NCBI GenBank assembly: GCA_050248535.1
Contig: JBFWSE010000002.1
Span: forward strand, 3,209-67,208
From: Novosphingobium sp.
GTDB taxonomy: Bacteria; Pseudomonadota; Alphaproteobacteria; Sphingomonadales; Sphingomonadaceae
Direction: 5' to 3'
Length of the DNA: 64,000 nt
In this document: in pieces, positions 1 through 10,179 of the stretch
Position numbering within the stretch: position 1 is the stretch's first letter
How the letters are laid out: each line of letters begins with the position of its first letter
Made by a program: the position numbers and the translations under genes
Notes under the pieces: model-generated
The model's input: only the letters and a program-made list of their open reading frames with translations
Databases searched by the model: none
Told to the model about the DNA's origin: nothing

Positions 1-1
1 C

Positions 2-1432
2 GCGAGCCTGTCGCAGCTGAACGCGGCCGCTAACGAGGCGCGCGCCTCGCGCATTGTCGCAGAGAGCCGTTGGCGTGCCTTTTCCAGCAGCGCTCCGCTG
101 GCCTCGCCCGAAGTACTGGCCAATCCAAGCATCCAGCAGCTCCTGACGCAACGGGGAGAATTGCGCACCAAACTCGAACAGGAACGGGCGCGCCATCTCG
201 ATGGACACCCCACGGTCATCCAGCTGAAGGCTCAGGCCGACGAGACCGACCGGCAGATCAGCGCGCTGATAGGGACCGTTCGCGCTTCGATTCGTTCACA
301 GTATCAGGCCGCGTTGGCCACGGAACGCGATCTGCAAGGCCAGGTCAACCGGCTCAAGAACGAATCGATGGCCGAGGGCGACCGTTCGGTTCAATACAAT
401 ATCCTGGCCCGCGAAGTCAGCACCAACCGCGAGCTCTATGAAGGCCTGCTGCAGCGCTACAAGGAACTCAACGCAGCAGCAGGGATCAGCGCGTCCAACG
501 TCGCGTTGATCGACAGCGCCACTCCGCCGGGCGGACCTTCCTCACCCAATCTGGCCGCCAACATCTTCATGGCGCTGGTCATTGGGGCGGCGGTGGCGGG
601 GCTGATCGTGCTGTTGCGCCTGCAATTCGACGATGCGGTCCGCATTCCGGAAGATGTGGAGCAGAAGCTTCGCGTGCCGCTGCTCGGAGTCATACCCTTG
701 GCCGAGCAGGAACTTGGCGAAGCACTGGCGGATCCGAAATCGCCGGTTTCCGAAGCCTACAATTCGCTTGGCGGTTCGCTGCTCTATTCGACCGCCGACG
801 GGCTGCCCAAGGTCATGCTGATCACATCCGCGCAATCGACCGAAGGCAAGTCTACCACCAGCTTTGCCATCGCCTCGAATTTCGCGCGCATTGCCAAACG
901 CGTGGTGCTTGTCGATGTCGACCTGAGACGGCCTTCGTTGCACAAGCGGCTTGGCCTGGCCAACGACGAAGGCATGACAAGCCTGCTGACTTCGCTCGAT
1001 CCGGTCGAATCCGCCATTTCAGCGACCGATCAGCCTGGCCTTTCCGTCATTACCTCGGGGCCGTTGCCGCCCAGCCCGACCGAGCTCATCGCTTCGGGCA
1101 GAATGCGGGCAGTGCTGGAGGAACTGGCGAGCAAATTCGATGTAGTCGTTGTCGATAGCCCGCCAGTCCTCGGACTCGCCGACGCTCCACTGATGGCGGC
1201 GCTCTCGGATGGCGTGGTCATTGTCATCGAAGCCGATCGCGGCAGGAGAGGCACTTTGAAAACCGCGCTTCGCCGCCTGCGGGCCATGCGCCCGGTGATC
1301 CTCGGCGCGGTCCTGACCAAGTTCGATTCGCGCAAGATGACCAACAGCTATTCGGATTACTACGGCTACGATTATTATCAGTATGAGTCCGACGGCAGCA
1401 AACCCCGGCGCGGCCCGCGGACTTCCCCCTGA
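2..1432 (+). CDS. wzc: Polysaccharide co-polymerase / tyrosine autokinase (Wzc/GumC family), 5'-truncated by window edge
   Basis: Frame open from nt 2; coiled-coil, TM helix (NIFMALVIGAAVAGLIVLL), Walker A ITSAQSTEGKST, Walker A' VLVDVDLRRP, Walker B VVVVDSPP, C-terminal Tyr cluster YSDYYGYDYYQY. Confidence 0.95.
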   Translation, partial: ASLSQLNAAANEARASRIVAESRWRAFSSSAPLASPEVLANPSIQQLLTQRGELRTKLEQERARHLDGHPTVIQLKAQADETDRQISALIGTVRASIRSQYQAALATERDLQGQVNRLKNESMAEGDRSVQYNILAREVSTNRELYEGLLQRYKELNAAAGISASNVALIDSATPPGGPSSPNLAANIFMALVIGAAVAGLIVLLRLQFDDAVRIPEDVEQKLRVPLLGVIPLAEQELGEALADPKSPVSEAYNSLGGSLLYSTADGLPKVMLITSAQSTEGKSTTSFAIASNFARIAKRVVLVDVDLRRPSLHKRLGLANDEGMTSLLTSLDPVESAISATDQPGLSVITSGPLPPSPTELIASGRMRAVLEELASKFDVVVVDSPPVLGLADAPLMAALSDGVVIVIEADRGRRGTLKTALRRLRAMRPVILGAVLTKFDSRKMTNSYSDYYGYDYYQYESDGSKPRRGPRTSP

Positions 1433-1440
1433 GTAAGGCA

Positions 1441-2622
1441 ATGCGCGCTCGCAACAGGTTACTGGCCTCACTGGGCGCGGTCTTCCTTTTCGCCATCGCC
1501 TCCATATCAAGCGGCCTCGACCGGGCCGGCGAATACCGGCCGGGCCTGGCCGAATGGGTGCCGGCACTTTTCCGCGTCGATTCGGCTCGCGTACTGGCGC
1601 GAAAGGCACTGGCTGAAAACCGCCCGGTTCTTGCCGCCGGAGAGGCCCGACTCAGTGTGGTCCGCGATCCCATCGATGCGCGATCGCTCGGTCTCTACGG
1701 TGCCGGCCTTCAGCTGTCGGGCAAGGAGGCGGGCGCACGCGCGGCCTTCGCGGTTTCGGGATCGCTGGGCTGGCGCGAACCTCTTACCCAACTCTACTGG
1801 ATGTCGGTTGCCTTCAATGAAGGGAATTTGCGCGTTGCCGCCCTGCGGCTGGACGCCATTCTCCGCCAGGCGCCGGCCTACCCCGGACGCGACCAATTGC
1901 TTGCCGGTTTCGAAGCCTATCCCGAGGGCCGTGCGCAGCTCGCCAAACGGCTGGTGGACAAGCCGGCCTGGCGCGACGTTTATTTCGGCGAGAGTTTCGC
2001 CATTTCACCAAGCGCGCGGATCCTGCGCGCCGATGTCGCCCGCCACCTTGCCGAGGATGAAGGGAGGCGCGACTGCCCGTTGATCGGTCCTCTGTTGTAC
2101 CAGCTTGCGGAGGCTGGCGAATACGCAACCGCGCATGGTGTCTGGCGCCAGCATTGCCGGCAGGCGGACGATGGCGAGTTCCTTGCCGATGGTGGCTTTT
2201 CCCGGGCCAATGCCGTGCAGCCCGCCTCGGCATTCGATTGGGCCTGGAGCGACGATGGCGCCCTGGGCATTTCCATCGCGGCGGTTGAGGGATTTGCCGG
2301 TATGGCGCTGACCGTCGAGAGCAATTCGCCGCGCGAAACCGGGTTCGCCACGCAAATGCTGGTGCTGCCGCCTGGCGCCTATGCCGCCACCTGGCGCGCG
2401 CGCGACAATGCAGGACAAGTTTCAGGCGATATCCGGTTGTCGCTGAGCTGCGACAAAAGCAGGCCTGAAGACCGGGTCTCGACCTTGCGCAATGCCCGGA
2501 CCGGCGAATGGGAAGCCCTGTTCACTGTGCCTGCGGGCTGCCCGGCGCAGTGGCTAAGCCTGCGCATCGCCCCCGGAATCCGGATTGTGACTGTCGATGA
2601 CGTGGGCGTTGTCCGGCGCTGA
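1441..2622 (+). CDS. Hypothetical exported/membrane-anchored protein of the EPS cluster (helical N-half, possibly beta-sandwich C-half)
   Basis: 393-aa ORF 8 nt after wzc; N-terminal hydrophobic stretch; typical codon usage; no catalytic motif recognised. Confidence 0.75.
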   Translation: MRARNRLLASLGAVFLFAIASISSGLDRAGEYRPGLAEWVPALFRVDSARVLARKALAENRPVLAAGEARLSVVRDPIDARSLGLYGAGLQLSGKEAGARAAFAVSGSLGWREPLTQLYWMSVAFNEGNLRVAALRLDAILRQAPAYPGRDQLLAGFEAYPEGRAQLAKRLVDKPAWRDVYFGESFAISPSARILRADVARHLAEDEGRRDCPLIGPLLYQLAEAGEYATAHGVWRQHCRQADDGEFLADGGFSRANAVQPASAFDWAWSDDGALGISIAAVEGFAGMALTVESNSPRETGFATQMLVLPPGAYAATWRARDNAGQVSGDIRLSLSCDKSRPEDRVSTLRNARTGEWEALFTVPAGCPAQWLSLRIAPGIRIVTVDDVGVVRR

Positions 2623-3186
2623 CGGCCAGGAACCGCCGCGCTGCCTGACCTTTGCCGCCGGATTGCCGCGATAGATTCCGCCGGGCTCGGTATCGGCAAA
2701 CAGCACGCCCCTTGCCGCCAGAACGGACCCGTCAGCCATGGCAACGCCGGGACCGACAAATGCCTCGGCCGCCACCCAGCAGTTCATGCCGATTGCTATG
2801 GGGCGGAGCACAAGCTGGAAATTGACGTCTGAGATATCGTGCGAGCTGGCGCACAGATGCGCGCGCTGCGAAACGACCGATCGCGGTCCGATGACGATCC
2901 GGCCCTGGTTGTAAAGTCTGGCGCCCGGGCCGATCAGGGCATGTTCGCCGATCTCCAGATTGCCGGGGTGCCAGATGCTGACGCTCGCATGCACGCGCGC
3001 GCCCGCACCGACACGCGCTCCGAATCTGCGCAGGACAAAACGCCGCCAGCCGTGCAAGGGTGGCGGCGTCCAGCGCGCAAGCAATAACCATCCGGCAATC
3101 CACATCACGCGGAACAGCCGGTTGCCCAGCGAAAAGCTGGGACCGCCTTCGAGCGGACGGGTCTGGCTGGCGTCGAGTACTTTCAT
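2554..3186 (-). CDS. wcaF: WcaF-like polysaccharide O-acetyltransferase (hexapeptide repeat)
   Basis: Start moved to ATG 3186 (MKVLDASQ, 4-nt overlap with upstream GT stop); WRRFVLRRFGARVG, VSQRAHLCASSHD, WVAAEAFVGPGV, YRGNPA. Confidence 0.88.
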   Translation of the reverse strand: MKVLDASQTRPLEGGPSFSLGNRLFRVMWIAGWLLLARWTPPPLHGWRRFVLRRFGARVGAGARVHASVSIWHPGNLEIGEHALIGPGARLYNQGRIVIGPRSVVSQRAHLCASSHDISDVNFQLVLRPIAIGMNCWVAAEAFVGPGVAMADGSVLAARGVLFADTEPGGIYRGNPAAKVRQRGGSWPSAPDNAHVIDSHNPDSGGDAQA

Positions 3187-4325
3187 CGTATCGGTCTGGC
3201 AGTCGAATCGTGGCTGATAACCTGCAAGTATGCCTGTTCCCATCGGCGGGCGATAACTTCCGTCGAAAACCTGTTCGCCGCAAGGCCGCGCGCGGCTTGC
3301 GACAGGGCGAGCCAGTCCTGCCCGGCAATTCGCAGCGCTTGTTCGAGCGCCTGCGCGATCGCCGGCGCATCGTAGCCGCATTCGATCGCTGCGCCTGCCG
3401 CAAAACCTTCCGGCAGATTGCATTGCCCGGTCATGATCGCCGGCGCGCCCGCCGCCCAGGCTTCGAGCATGGCCATCGGCAAGCCTTCGGAGAGCGAGGG
3501 TAGTATCACGAAGCGCGCGGCATCGAGCAGATCCTGTTTCGTCTCGCCATAGACCGGCCCGAGAAAGCGCACGGACGGTCCCGCCGCCTCGGCCTGCCGG
3601 CGCAGGGAACAGACATGTTCGTCCTCTCCCCATCCGGCAATCGCCAGCTCTGCACCTTCGGGAAGGCGCGCCTGCCGCCATGCGGCAATCAGCGCTTCGA
3701 GATTCTTCTTGGGATGGATGCGGCCCACGTAGGCAACCAGCGGGGGCGGCATGGCCTGGCGCGCAGGCCTGGGCTCAGGTCCGGCATTGGCGATGACCAG
3801 GCTGTTCCCACGCCCTGATTCGCGCTCGATATCCGCGGCCTCCTGCCGTGTCAGGGCATGAAACGTGGCGGCCGCCTGCCAGCTTGCCCGCTCGTAACCG
3901 GCGCGCGCGAGAGCCTTTTTCCATCGCCCGCGCGAGGTAATCCAGGGATCGAGCATGCCGTGCGGGGAAATGACGAGCGGCCTGCCCGTCTTTCGCGTCC
4001 AGAGCATGGCCGCGCGCGAGGGATACATCCAGATGCCGTGCAAGTGCAGGCAGTCCAGACCGGCCTCCAGCAGTGAGGCGAGCATGCCCGGGGCATAGCC
4101 GATCTGCCCCGGCCCCAGGCATGCGGAAAGAACCACCGGACTGGGCGCAAGGCGCTGCCTGTCTGCTTCGGCATGGTCATCGGCAATAGCGAAAACTGGC
4201 GCCTCACCACCAAGATCGCGGATGATCGCCGCCTGCGCGGCGACGGCTTCGAACACGCCGCCACCCAGCCGCGAAGCAGACGAGGTGAGCAAGCCGATGC
4301 GGCGCCCAGCCAGTGGCTGGCCCAT
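3183..4325 (-). CDS. Glycosyltransferase family 4
   Basis: GGGV N-terminal loop, ISPHGMLDPW, YVGRIHPKKN, ILPSLSEGLPMAMLEAW (EX7E). Confidence 0.93.
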   Translation of the reverse strand: MGQPLAGRRIGLLTSSASRLGGGVFEAVAAQAAIIRDLGGEAPVFAIADDHAEADRQRLAPSPVVLSACLGPGQIGYAPGMLASLLEAGLDCLHLHGIWMYPSRAAMLWTRKTGRPLVISPHGMLDPWITSRGRWKKALARAGYERASWQAAATFHALTRQEAADIERESGRGNSLVIANAGPEPRPARQAMPPPLVAYVGRIHPKKNLEALIAAWRQARLPEGAELAIAGWGEDEHVCSLRRQAEAAGPSVRFLGPVYGETKQDLLDAARFVILPSLSEGLPMAMLEAWAAGAPAIMTGQCNLPEGFAAGAAIECGYDAPAIAQALEQALRIAGQDWLALSQAARGLAANRFSTEVIARRWEQAYLQVISHDSTARPIR

Positions 4326-5773
4326 CAGCGGCGGCGCGGCCGCAAATGGGCCGGATGCCTGGGGCGCAGGTCTTTGACGTCATTGCCAGTAACGGCAGAC
4401 CCGTTCCCGGAGGCAGCGGCCCTTTGCTTGCGCCAATTCCGGTAGGCGGCAAAGCGCAGGGCCTGGGCCGTCGGAATTCCGGCCGCCCTCGAAAAGCCGT
4501 ACCAGACGGCTATGGGTGCAAAAAAGAAGATCCCCTGCCGGAAAATGGTCACCAGCGATCCATCCCGGTAGGCGACGATGAGAATGGGCAGGAATATCAT
4601 ATAGGCTGCGGTATGCAGTGTGTTTTGCGGGCCTTCGGCATATTTTCGATAGAGCCAGCCCAGCAGCCAGCCCCACAGGCCGCACCAGATGATTACACCC
4701 GGCCAGCCCCAAGCCACCCAGCCTTCGCCGGGCAAGCTTCGGGTAATGCCGAAAGGTCTGCCGTATTTCATGTAATCGATGGTCTTGATCGGCGGCCCGA
4801 TTGGCTTGTTCTTCCACAAGGCCCGCGGAATTGGCTCGGTAAATATCTGCAGGTTGTCGAGAAAATAGTCATAGGTGCCGCTGCGTTGCGGGACCACGTA
4901 AACCAGATACTCGAAGAACTCGAGATTGCCGAAATCCATGCCTTCGAGGAACTTCTCCTGCAGGCCTGGCCCTCGCACCACTTTTACGTCCGCGCCCAGC
5001 ACTTCGCGAACTCCCGCGCCCCGATCGGCGCCGATGACGGTAAATCCGGCCAGGGCCACCGCCACTGTCAAAGCCAGCCGGCCCGCCGGGATTCTTTGCC
5101 GTTTTTCGTAGAAATAGAGAAGGGCGGCCATGGCCAGCGCGGCGACAAACGGGCCGCGGCCGCCTGTCCCTGCCCGCAAGACGATAAATGCGGCCAGCGG
5201 GGCCAAAGCAAACAACCGGAAGCGATAGACCCAGGCGATCAGCGCCCCGATGGAAGCAAGCATGATTTGCGCCTCAAGCAAGTAGCCATTGCCCGAGGTG
5301 CTGATGAAAGTCCCTGTGGCGCGGTCGAGGGTCATGCCCATATAGGCCGAACCGTCATCGATGCCGCCCCAGAAATGCAGCATCGAATAACCACCGATCG
5401 GCAGACAGACGGCCAGCACTCTGGGGAAAATGCGTTGCAAGCGATCACGCTCTGCGATGGCGAAGCGGTCCTGTTTGAAACGCATGGGGACGTTGCCCGC
5501 GGCAAGGCTCGCGACGAAAAAAACCACGAAACCAAGATTTGCCGCCAGCAAGGCCGTCAGCTTGTCTTCCAGCGACGGCGTAAAGCTGAAATATCCGTAG
5601 ATGGCGCGGAATTCGGCATACCAGGCCCATACCGGACGCAACACGAACACAACGCCGTGGAAGGCCATGTAGATGGTGAGAGGGTGAAATATGCTGAATG
5701 CGGGGTGGCGGAAGAAATAGAATCCCGCCACCAGGAAAGTGGCTACCGAAAGTGTCAGTGCGGTTTCGTACAT
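4325..5773 (-). CDS. wzy: Wzy-type polysaccharide polymerase
   Basis: 482 aa, about 10-11 hydrophobic segments with a large loop (DFGNLEFF...FTEPIPRALWKNKP); inside GT operon; 1-nt overlap with downstream GT. Confidence 0.8.
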   Translation of the reverse strand: MYETALTLSVATFLVAGFYFFRHPAFSIFHPLTIYMAFHGVVFVLRPVWAWYAEFRAIYGYFSFTPSLEDKLTALLAANLGFVVFFVASLAAGNVPMRFKQDRFAIAERDRLQRIFPRVLAVCLPIGGYSMLHFWGGIDDGSAYMGMTLDRATGTFISTSGNGYLLEAQIMLASIGALIAWVYRFRLFALAPLAAFIVLRAGTGGRGPFVAALAMAALLYFYEKRQRIPAGRLALTVAVALAGFTVIGADRGAGVREVLGADVKVVRGPGLQEKFLEGMDFGNLEFFEYLVYVVPQRSGTYDYFLDNLQIFTEPIPRALWKNKPIGPPIKTIDYMKYGRPFGITRSLPGEGWVAWGWPGVIIWCGLWGWLLGWLYRKYAEGPQNTLHTAAYMIFLPILIVAYRDGSLVTIFRQGIFFFAPIAVWYGFSRAAGIPTAQALRFAAYRNWRKQRAAASGNGSAVTGNDVKDLRPRHPAHLRPRRR

Positions 5774-5879
5774 GCTGACTCCACATCGGGCTGCGGCGTG
5801 AATGCATCAGAACTCAGCACAATGGAAGCGTGGCGGCACAACTAGTTTGGTGGGAAATGTCCTTTTCCCATGTAGCCAT

Positions 5880-7028
5880 TCAGCCGTTTGAATGCGCTTG
5901 CAACAATTGCAACCGGTTCCTGGCGGCATCCTCCCAACGGAACTGCGTAGCGGTTTGCACTGCCCCGGCCGACAATGACTGCCGATAGTCCTCGTCGGTC
6001 GCCAATCGGCGAAGAGCGGCGACCAAGCCTTCCTGGTCATGCGGATCGACTATCAGACCGTTGACGTCTGTTGCGACCAGCCGCCCGGCGCCCATAGGGC
6101 CTGTCACGATCGGCAGTCCGCAACCCGCCGCTTCATAACATACCAGCGGCGCACCTTCCTCAAGTGTCGGAAAGAACAGACAGTCCGAATCTCTATAGTG
6201 CGTTGCAACATCGGCAGTGAAGGGCACATGACGAACCGTGTTATTGGCGGCATATTTCTGCATGATCGGCACCATTTCTTGCCGAATTCTGCCAACCATT
6301 CGCAACTCTCCCCGAATTCCGGCGCGTTCCCACGCTGCAAGTGCGAGATGAGCGCCCTTGCGCATCGAAATCTCTCCGACAAACAGCGCGACGAACTCGC
6401 CACGGTGCGACATGCCTTGTCGCGGTGAGAAACGGTCTGGATCCCAGCCGAAATGCGATTTTATCACCTTTTCGTCCGGCACGCCCCATTGGGCCAGTGA
6501 AGCATCAACCCCGGCGCTTGGCGAAACGATGTAATCGGCGAGGGCTAGCTCCTCGGATTCCGCCTCGCCCCACTCTCCGGTAATCTCATGAAGGCCGCTG
6601 GCACCAGTGCGATCGGCCTCGGCATCGAGGATGCGCATGGCCGTCCAGCAATGGGTATTGATCATTTCCCGCACGACTACGGCACCGGCCGACTTCAACT
6701 TGCGAGTGCTATCCGGACCAGCGCCTGGCCACGTCCAGACGATCGTGCCTGGCCCCAGTTTCCCGACACGATGCAGCAGCCTGGTTTCGATCCGGTCCTG
6801 GGCAAGCCGTTGAAACCGGCCGTTCCGGAAAGGCCGCGGCAGAATCATCGGAATACCGAGCACCGGGTTCAGCCCTTTGGGCAACGATGTCACAGCTGAG
6901 GGAGTGAATACGCTAACCGTGTTCCCGGCCTTTAGCATTTCCCATGCAATTGCTATAGGCGTATAGCTTGCGCCCACTCCGGTACAGACACAAGGAACAT
7001 AGGCAAGAATTGGCTGCGTACTGGTCAT
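5880..7028 (-). CDS. Glycosyltransferase family 4 (low GC)
   Basis: LFVGEISMRKG, FFPTLEEGAPLVCYEAAGCGLP (EX7E), VNGLIV. Confidence 0.9.
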   Translation of the reverse strand: MTSTQPILAYVPCVCTGVGASYTPIAIAWEMLKAGNTVSVFTPSAVTSLPKGLNPVLGIPMILPRPFRNGRFQRLAQDRIETRLLHRVGKLGPGTIVWTWPGAGPDSTRKLKSAGAVVVREMINTHCWTAMRILDAEADRTGASGLHEITGEWGEAESEELALADYIVSPSAGVDASLAQWGVPDEKVIKSHFGWDPDRFSPRQGMSHRGEFVALFVGEISMRKGAHLALAAWERAGIRGELRMVGRIRQEMVPIMQKYAANNTVRHVPFTADVATHYRDSDCLFFPTLEEGAPLVCYEAAGCGLPIVTGPMGAGRLVATDVNGLIVDPHDQEGLVAALRRLATDEDYRQSLSAGAVQTATQFRWEDAARNRLQLLQAHSNG

Positions 7029-7034
7029 TTATTC

Positions 7035-7895
7035 CTAAAACGCCTTTTGAATAACCGCGATTTTCACCTTGGGAAATATAAATCGGCTATCCACGTTGAA
7101 TATCTCCGAACGAACTCGTCTTATAATTCTTCCAACAATGTTTTTAATGGTTGGAGTTTCTGTGTCGATATAGGAAGCATAGTCGGGGACTATATTGTTG
7201 CGGGCGTTGTACAGCTGGCGATGACGAAAAAACCATTCTTCGTCGAACATGTGAAGCGACTTGATTGCGCGAGCCTGTTCGGCCCAATCGTGTTCCGGTA
7301 GCGATCCGGTCTCCGTAAATCGGCCTTTGCGCAGAAATCGGCTAAACAGAATATCCGTCCGCGGCACTCGCGGCAGGCTGAATTCATAAGTATCGGGCTG
7401 CCAGTGCATGTCCTCCACAATGTAGATTCCCCCCGGTTTCAGCAGGGGGAACAACTTGAGGAACGTCAGTTGCTGATGGAACGAAGCATGCGATCCATCA
7501 TCTAGAATGATGTCGAATTGCCGGTTCAGTGCCGCAACGCGATCGAGTTGCGCCGGGTCGCCGCAATCGGCCTGAACGAACTGGAACCATTCGCTGGTAA
7601 AAGCCGAGCAATCGGAGATGTCAACGCCAACGACGGATGCGTTCGGAAGGTACTCGCGCCACATTTTTATGGATGGCACATTGCCGATTTCCCGTTCCGC
7701 GGAGCCATCCGGCACCTCAGGTCCGCCAATGGCCAGCCCGATTTCGCAAATATCAGTGACACTGAGGCGCCGATGTGAAAAGAGAAGATCGTAAAGCAAG
7801 GTATAACCGTGCCCACCGTTATGCAGTGTGCCCTTGTCCGTTCCCGCCGCATTCGCAATTTCAGTCAAATCTTCCAAATTTACGCCTCTGATCAA
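7035..7895 (-). CDS. Class I SAM-dependent methyltransferase resembling sugar O-methyltransferases (low GC)
   Basis: AGTDKG...HGYTLLY, CEIGL, MWREYLPNASVVGVDI, DIILDDGSH, LKPGGIYIVED; this pattern resembles MycE/ElmMI/OleY-type enzymes. Confidence 0.75.
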   Translation of the reverse strand: MIRGVNLEDLTEIANAAGTDKGTLHNGGHGYTLLYDLLFSHRRLSVTDICEIGLAIGGPEVPDGSAEREIGNVPSIKMWREYLPNASVVGVDISDCSAFTSEWFQFVQADCGDPAQLDRVAALNRQFDIILDDGSHASFHQQLTFLKLFPLLKPGGIYIVEDMHWQPDTYEFSLPRVPRTDILFSRFLRKGRFTETGSLPEHDWAEQARAIKSLHMFDEEWFFRHRQLYNARNNIVPDYASYIDTETPTIKNIVGRIIRRVRSEIFNVDSRFIFPKVKIAVIQKAF

Positions 7896-7913
7896 TTTTA
7901 CGGGGCTTTGCGA

Positions 7914-8885
7914 TCAACACTTCGATACGATCGACCGGAAATAGTCGATCGTTTTCACAAGACCCAGATGCAATGGCACAGTCACGTCCCAGCCCAGTTG
8001 CGCCTTCGCCGTGGAAATGTCCGGCTGGCGCTGCCTGGGATCGTCAGGCGGCAGGGGCTGGAAGACAAGTTTCGACTGGCTGCCGGTCAATTCGATCACT
8101 TTCTGCGCCAGTTCGAGCATGGAAAACTCGCCCGGATTGCCCAGATTGACCGGACCCGTCACCTCTCTCGGCGTCGCCATCATCGCCATCATTCCCGCGA
8201 CAAGATCTTCGACATAGCAGAACGAGCGGGTCTGCGTGCCCTCACCATAGATCGTGATGTCCTCGCCGCGCAATGCCTGGACGATGAAGTTGGAGACCAC
8301 CCGGCCGTCGTTGGGATGCATGTGCGGGCCATAGGTGTTGAAGATGCGCACCACCTTGATCGCAAGGCCGTGCTGGCGGTGGTAATCGAAGAACAGCGTC
8401 TCGGCGCAGCGTTTGCCTTCGTCATAGCAGCTGCGCGGGCCGATCGGGTTCACATTGCCCCAGTATTCCTCAACCTGCGGGTGGATGTCCGGATCGCCAT
8501 AGACTTCGCTGGTCGATGCCTGGAGGATCGGAATGCGCAACCGCTTTGCCAGCCCCAGCATGTTGACCGCGCCCAATACGCTGGTCTTTACCGTCTGCAC
8601 CGGATCGAACTGGTAATGCACTGGCGAGGCCGGGCAGGCGAGATTGTAGATCTCGTCGACTTCGACATAGAGCGGAAAAGTCACATCGTGACGCATCAGT
8701 TCGAAATTGGGGTGAGCGAGCAAGGGCGCGATGTTGGCCCGGGTGCCCGTGAAGAAATTGTCGACGCACAACACATGGTGGCCCTGCTCGATCAGCCGGG
8801 CGCACAGGTGGGAGCCGATGAAGCCGGCCCCGCCAGTCACCAGCACGCGTTTCTGGATCGAATAGCGGGGGGAAGAGACTGTCAT
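7914..8885 (-). CDS. uxs: UDP-glucuronate decarboxylase (UDP-xylose synthase)
   Basis: Start moved to ATG 8885; [71 protein letters not shown]. Confidence 0.93.
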   Translation of the reverse strand: MTVSSPRYSIQKRVLVTGGAGFIGSHLCARLIEQGHHVLCVDNFFTGTRANIAPLLAHPNFELMRHDVTFPLYVEVDEIYNLACPASPVHYQFDPVQTVKTSVLGAVNMLGLAKRLRIPILQASTSEVYGDPDIHPQVEEYWGNVNPIGPRSCYDEGKRCAETLFFDYHRQHGLAIKVVRIFNTYGPHMHPNDGRVVSNFIVQALRGEDITIYGEGTQTRSFCYVEDLVAGMMAMMATPREVTGPVNLGNPGEFSMLELAQKVIELTGSQSKLVFQPLPPDDPRQRQPDISTAKAQLGWDVTVPLHLGLVKTIDYFRSIVSKC

Positions 8886-10087
8886 TGGTGTCCTTTCTCC
8901 GGCCCATCGCCCAGGGCCTCGATGAATTCGCGCATGCGCCCTTGCGCCGGTTCGGCATCCGGGTCCAGCAGCAATTCGACCGCATCCGCGAGTCTTTCGG
9001 TGTCGCCCATCCAGGCCCGGGCAAGCGATGCGCGGCCCATCGCCCGCCATTGCGCTTTATCCCCGGCCAGCGCCGCCATCGCCCGGGCAATGCCCTCGCT
9101 CGAGCCCCCTTCGACGATGTAACCGTTGACGCCCTCTCGCACCAGCGCATCGCCCGCACCTACAGCATCGGAAACAATGACTGGCAGGCCCAGGGCCAGC
9201 GCCTCGTTGACCACCAGGCCCCATTGCTCTGTCGTGCTTACCAGCACAAGCGCCAGTGCCCGCGAAAGCAGTCTGGATATGGCGCCAGCCGGCAGAAAGC
9301 CGGGGAATTCGACACTGGCCGACAGGCCAAGCGCATCGGCCTGCGCCCGCAGTTGGGGTTCCAGTTCGCCGGAACCGGCCAGCACCAGACGCCGGGCATC
9401 CGGGCCGGCCGCCCCCGCATAAGCGGCATAGCCTTCGAGCAGCCCGAAGAGATTCTTCTTTTCGACGAACCGGCCGACATAAACGAAAGGCCGCTGTGCG
9501 AAGTCCAGAGCATCGGGCGCCAACATGCCTTCTGCCTGCCGCCTTACGCGTTCGACACCGACACCGTCATAGCCAGGCAGGACCTTGCGGCGCCGGAAAC
9601 CCAGGAAGCGGAAATAGGCCATGTGCCGCTGCGCGCCGACAATCGCCGCGCTATAGGGCGTGAGCAACGCGGCCTTTAACCGCTCGAACACCGGCGAACG
9701 GGGGAAATCGTCGTATTTGGATTCGCTCATCACCACGACGCGCACACGGCAAAGCCAGAGCAGCCACGACAGCAGGATGATATCGCGCTCGTTGTAACCA
9801 ATGCCGACCAGAACCATGCGGCAATGGCGCAGCACGCGGAACTGGGCCACGAGACGCCGCCAGGCAGACACGGCCTCATAGGCCTGGCCGGGAAACAGAG
9901 TCAGCTTCGATGCGCCATTTACCTGCCCCGAAGGCTCCCAGGCATAGGTCTGCGAAGTGGAGCATACTTCCACGGCCAGCACGTCCGCCCTGTCCGCCAG
10001 CCGGCGCGCCACGGCTTCGCAGCGGTCGACATGATAGGCGGCGAACTGGGCGAATAACAGCGCTATTCGAGGCTTGCGATCGGACAC
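8882..10087 (-). CDS. Glycosyltransferase family 4
   Basis: Probable GTG start 10087 ([19 protein letters not shown]); [31 protein letters not shown]. Confidence 0.9.
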   Translation of the reverse strand: MSDRKPRIALLFAQFAAYHVDRCEAVARRLADRADVLAVEVCSTSQTYAWEPSGQVNGASKLTLFPGQAYEAVSAWRRLVAQFRVLRHCRMVLVGIGYNERDIILLSWLLWLCRVRVVVMSESKYDDFPRSPVFERLKAALLTPYSAAIVGAQRHMAYFRFLGFRRRKVLPGYDGVGVERVRRQAEGMLAPDALDFAQRPFVYVGRFVEKKNLFGLLEGYAAYAGAAGPDARRLVLAGSGELEPQLRAQADALGLSASVEFPGFLPAGAISRLLSRALALVLVSTTEQWGLVVNEALALGLPVIVSDAVGAGDALVREGVNGYIVEGGSSEGIARAMAALAGDKAQWRAMGRASLARAWMGDTERLADAVELLLDPDAEPAQGRMREFIEALGDGPEKGHQ

Positions 10088-10179
10088 GCGGAACCCGTGA
10101 CGCGATCCCCTCGCGATTGCAACCGCCGCTTCCACGCCAAACGGCTTTGCTGTCAGGGGAAATGGTCTAAAGGCCTGCC

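Noticed and set aside
4313-5845. 510-aa plus-strand ORF
   Set aside because: Antisense shadow of wzy; no motifs; long shadow ORFs are expected at this GC
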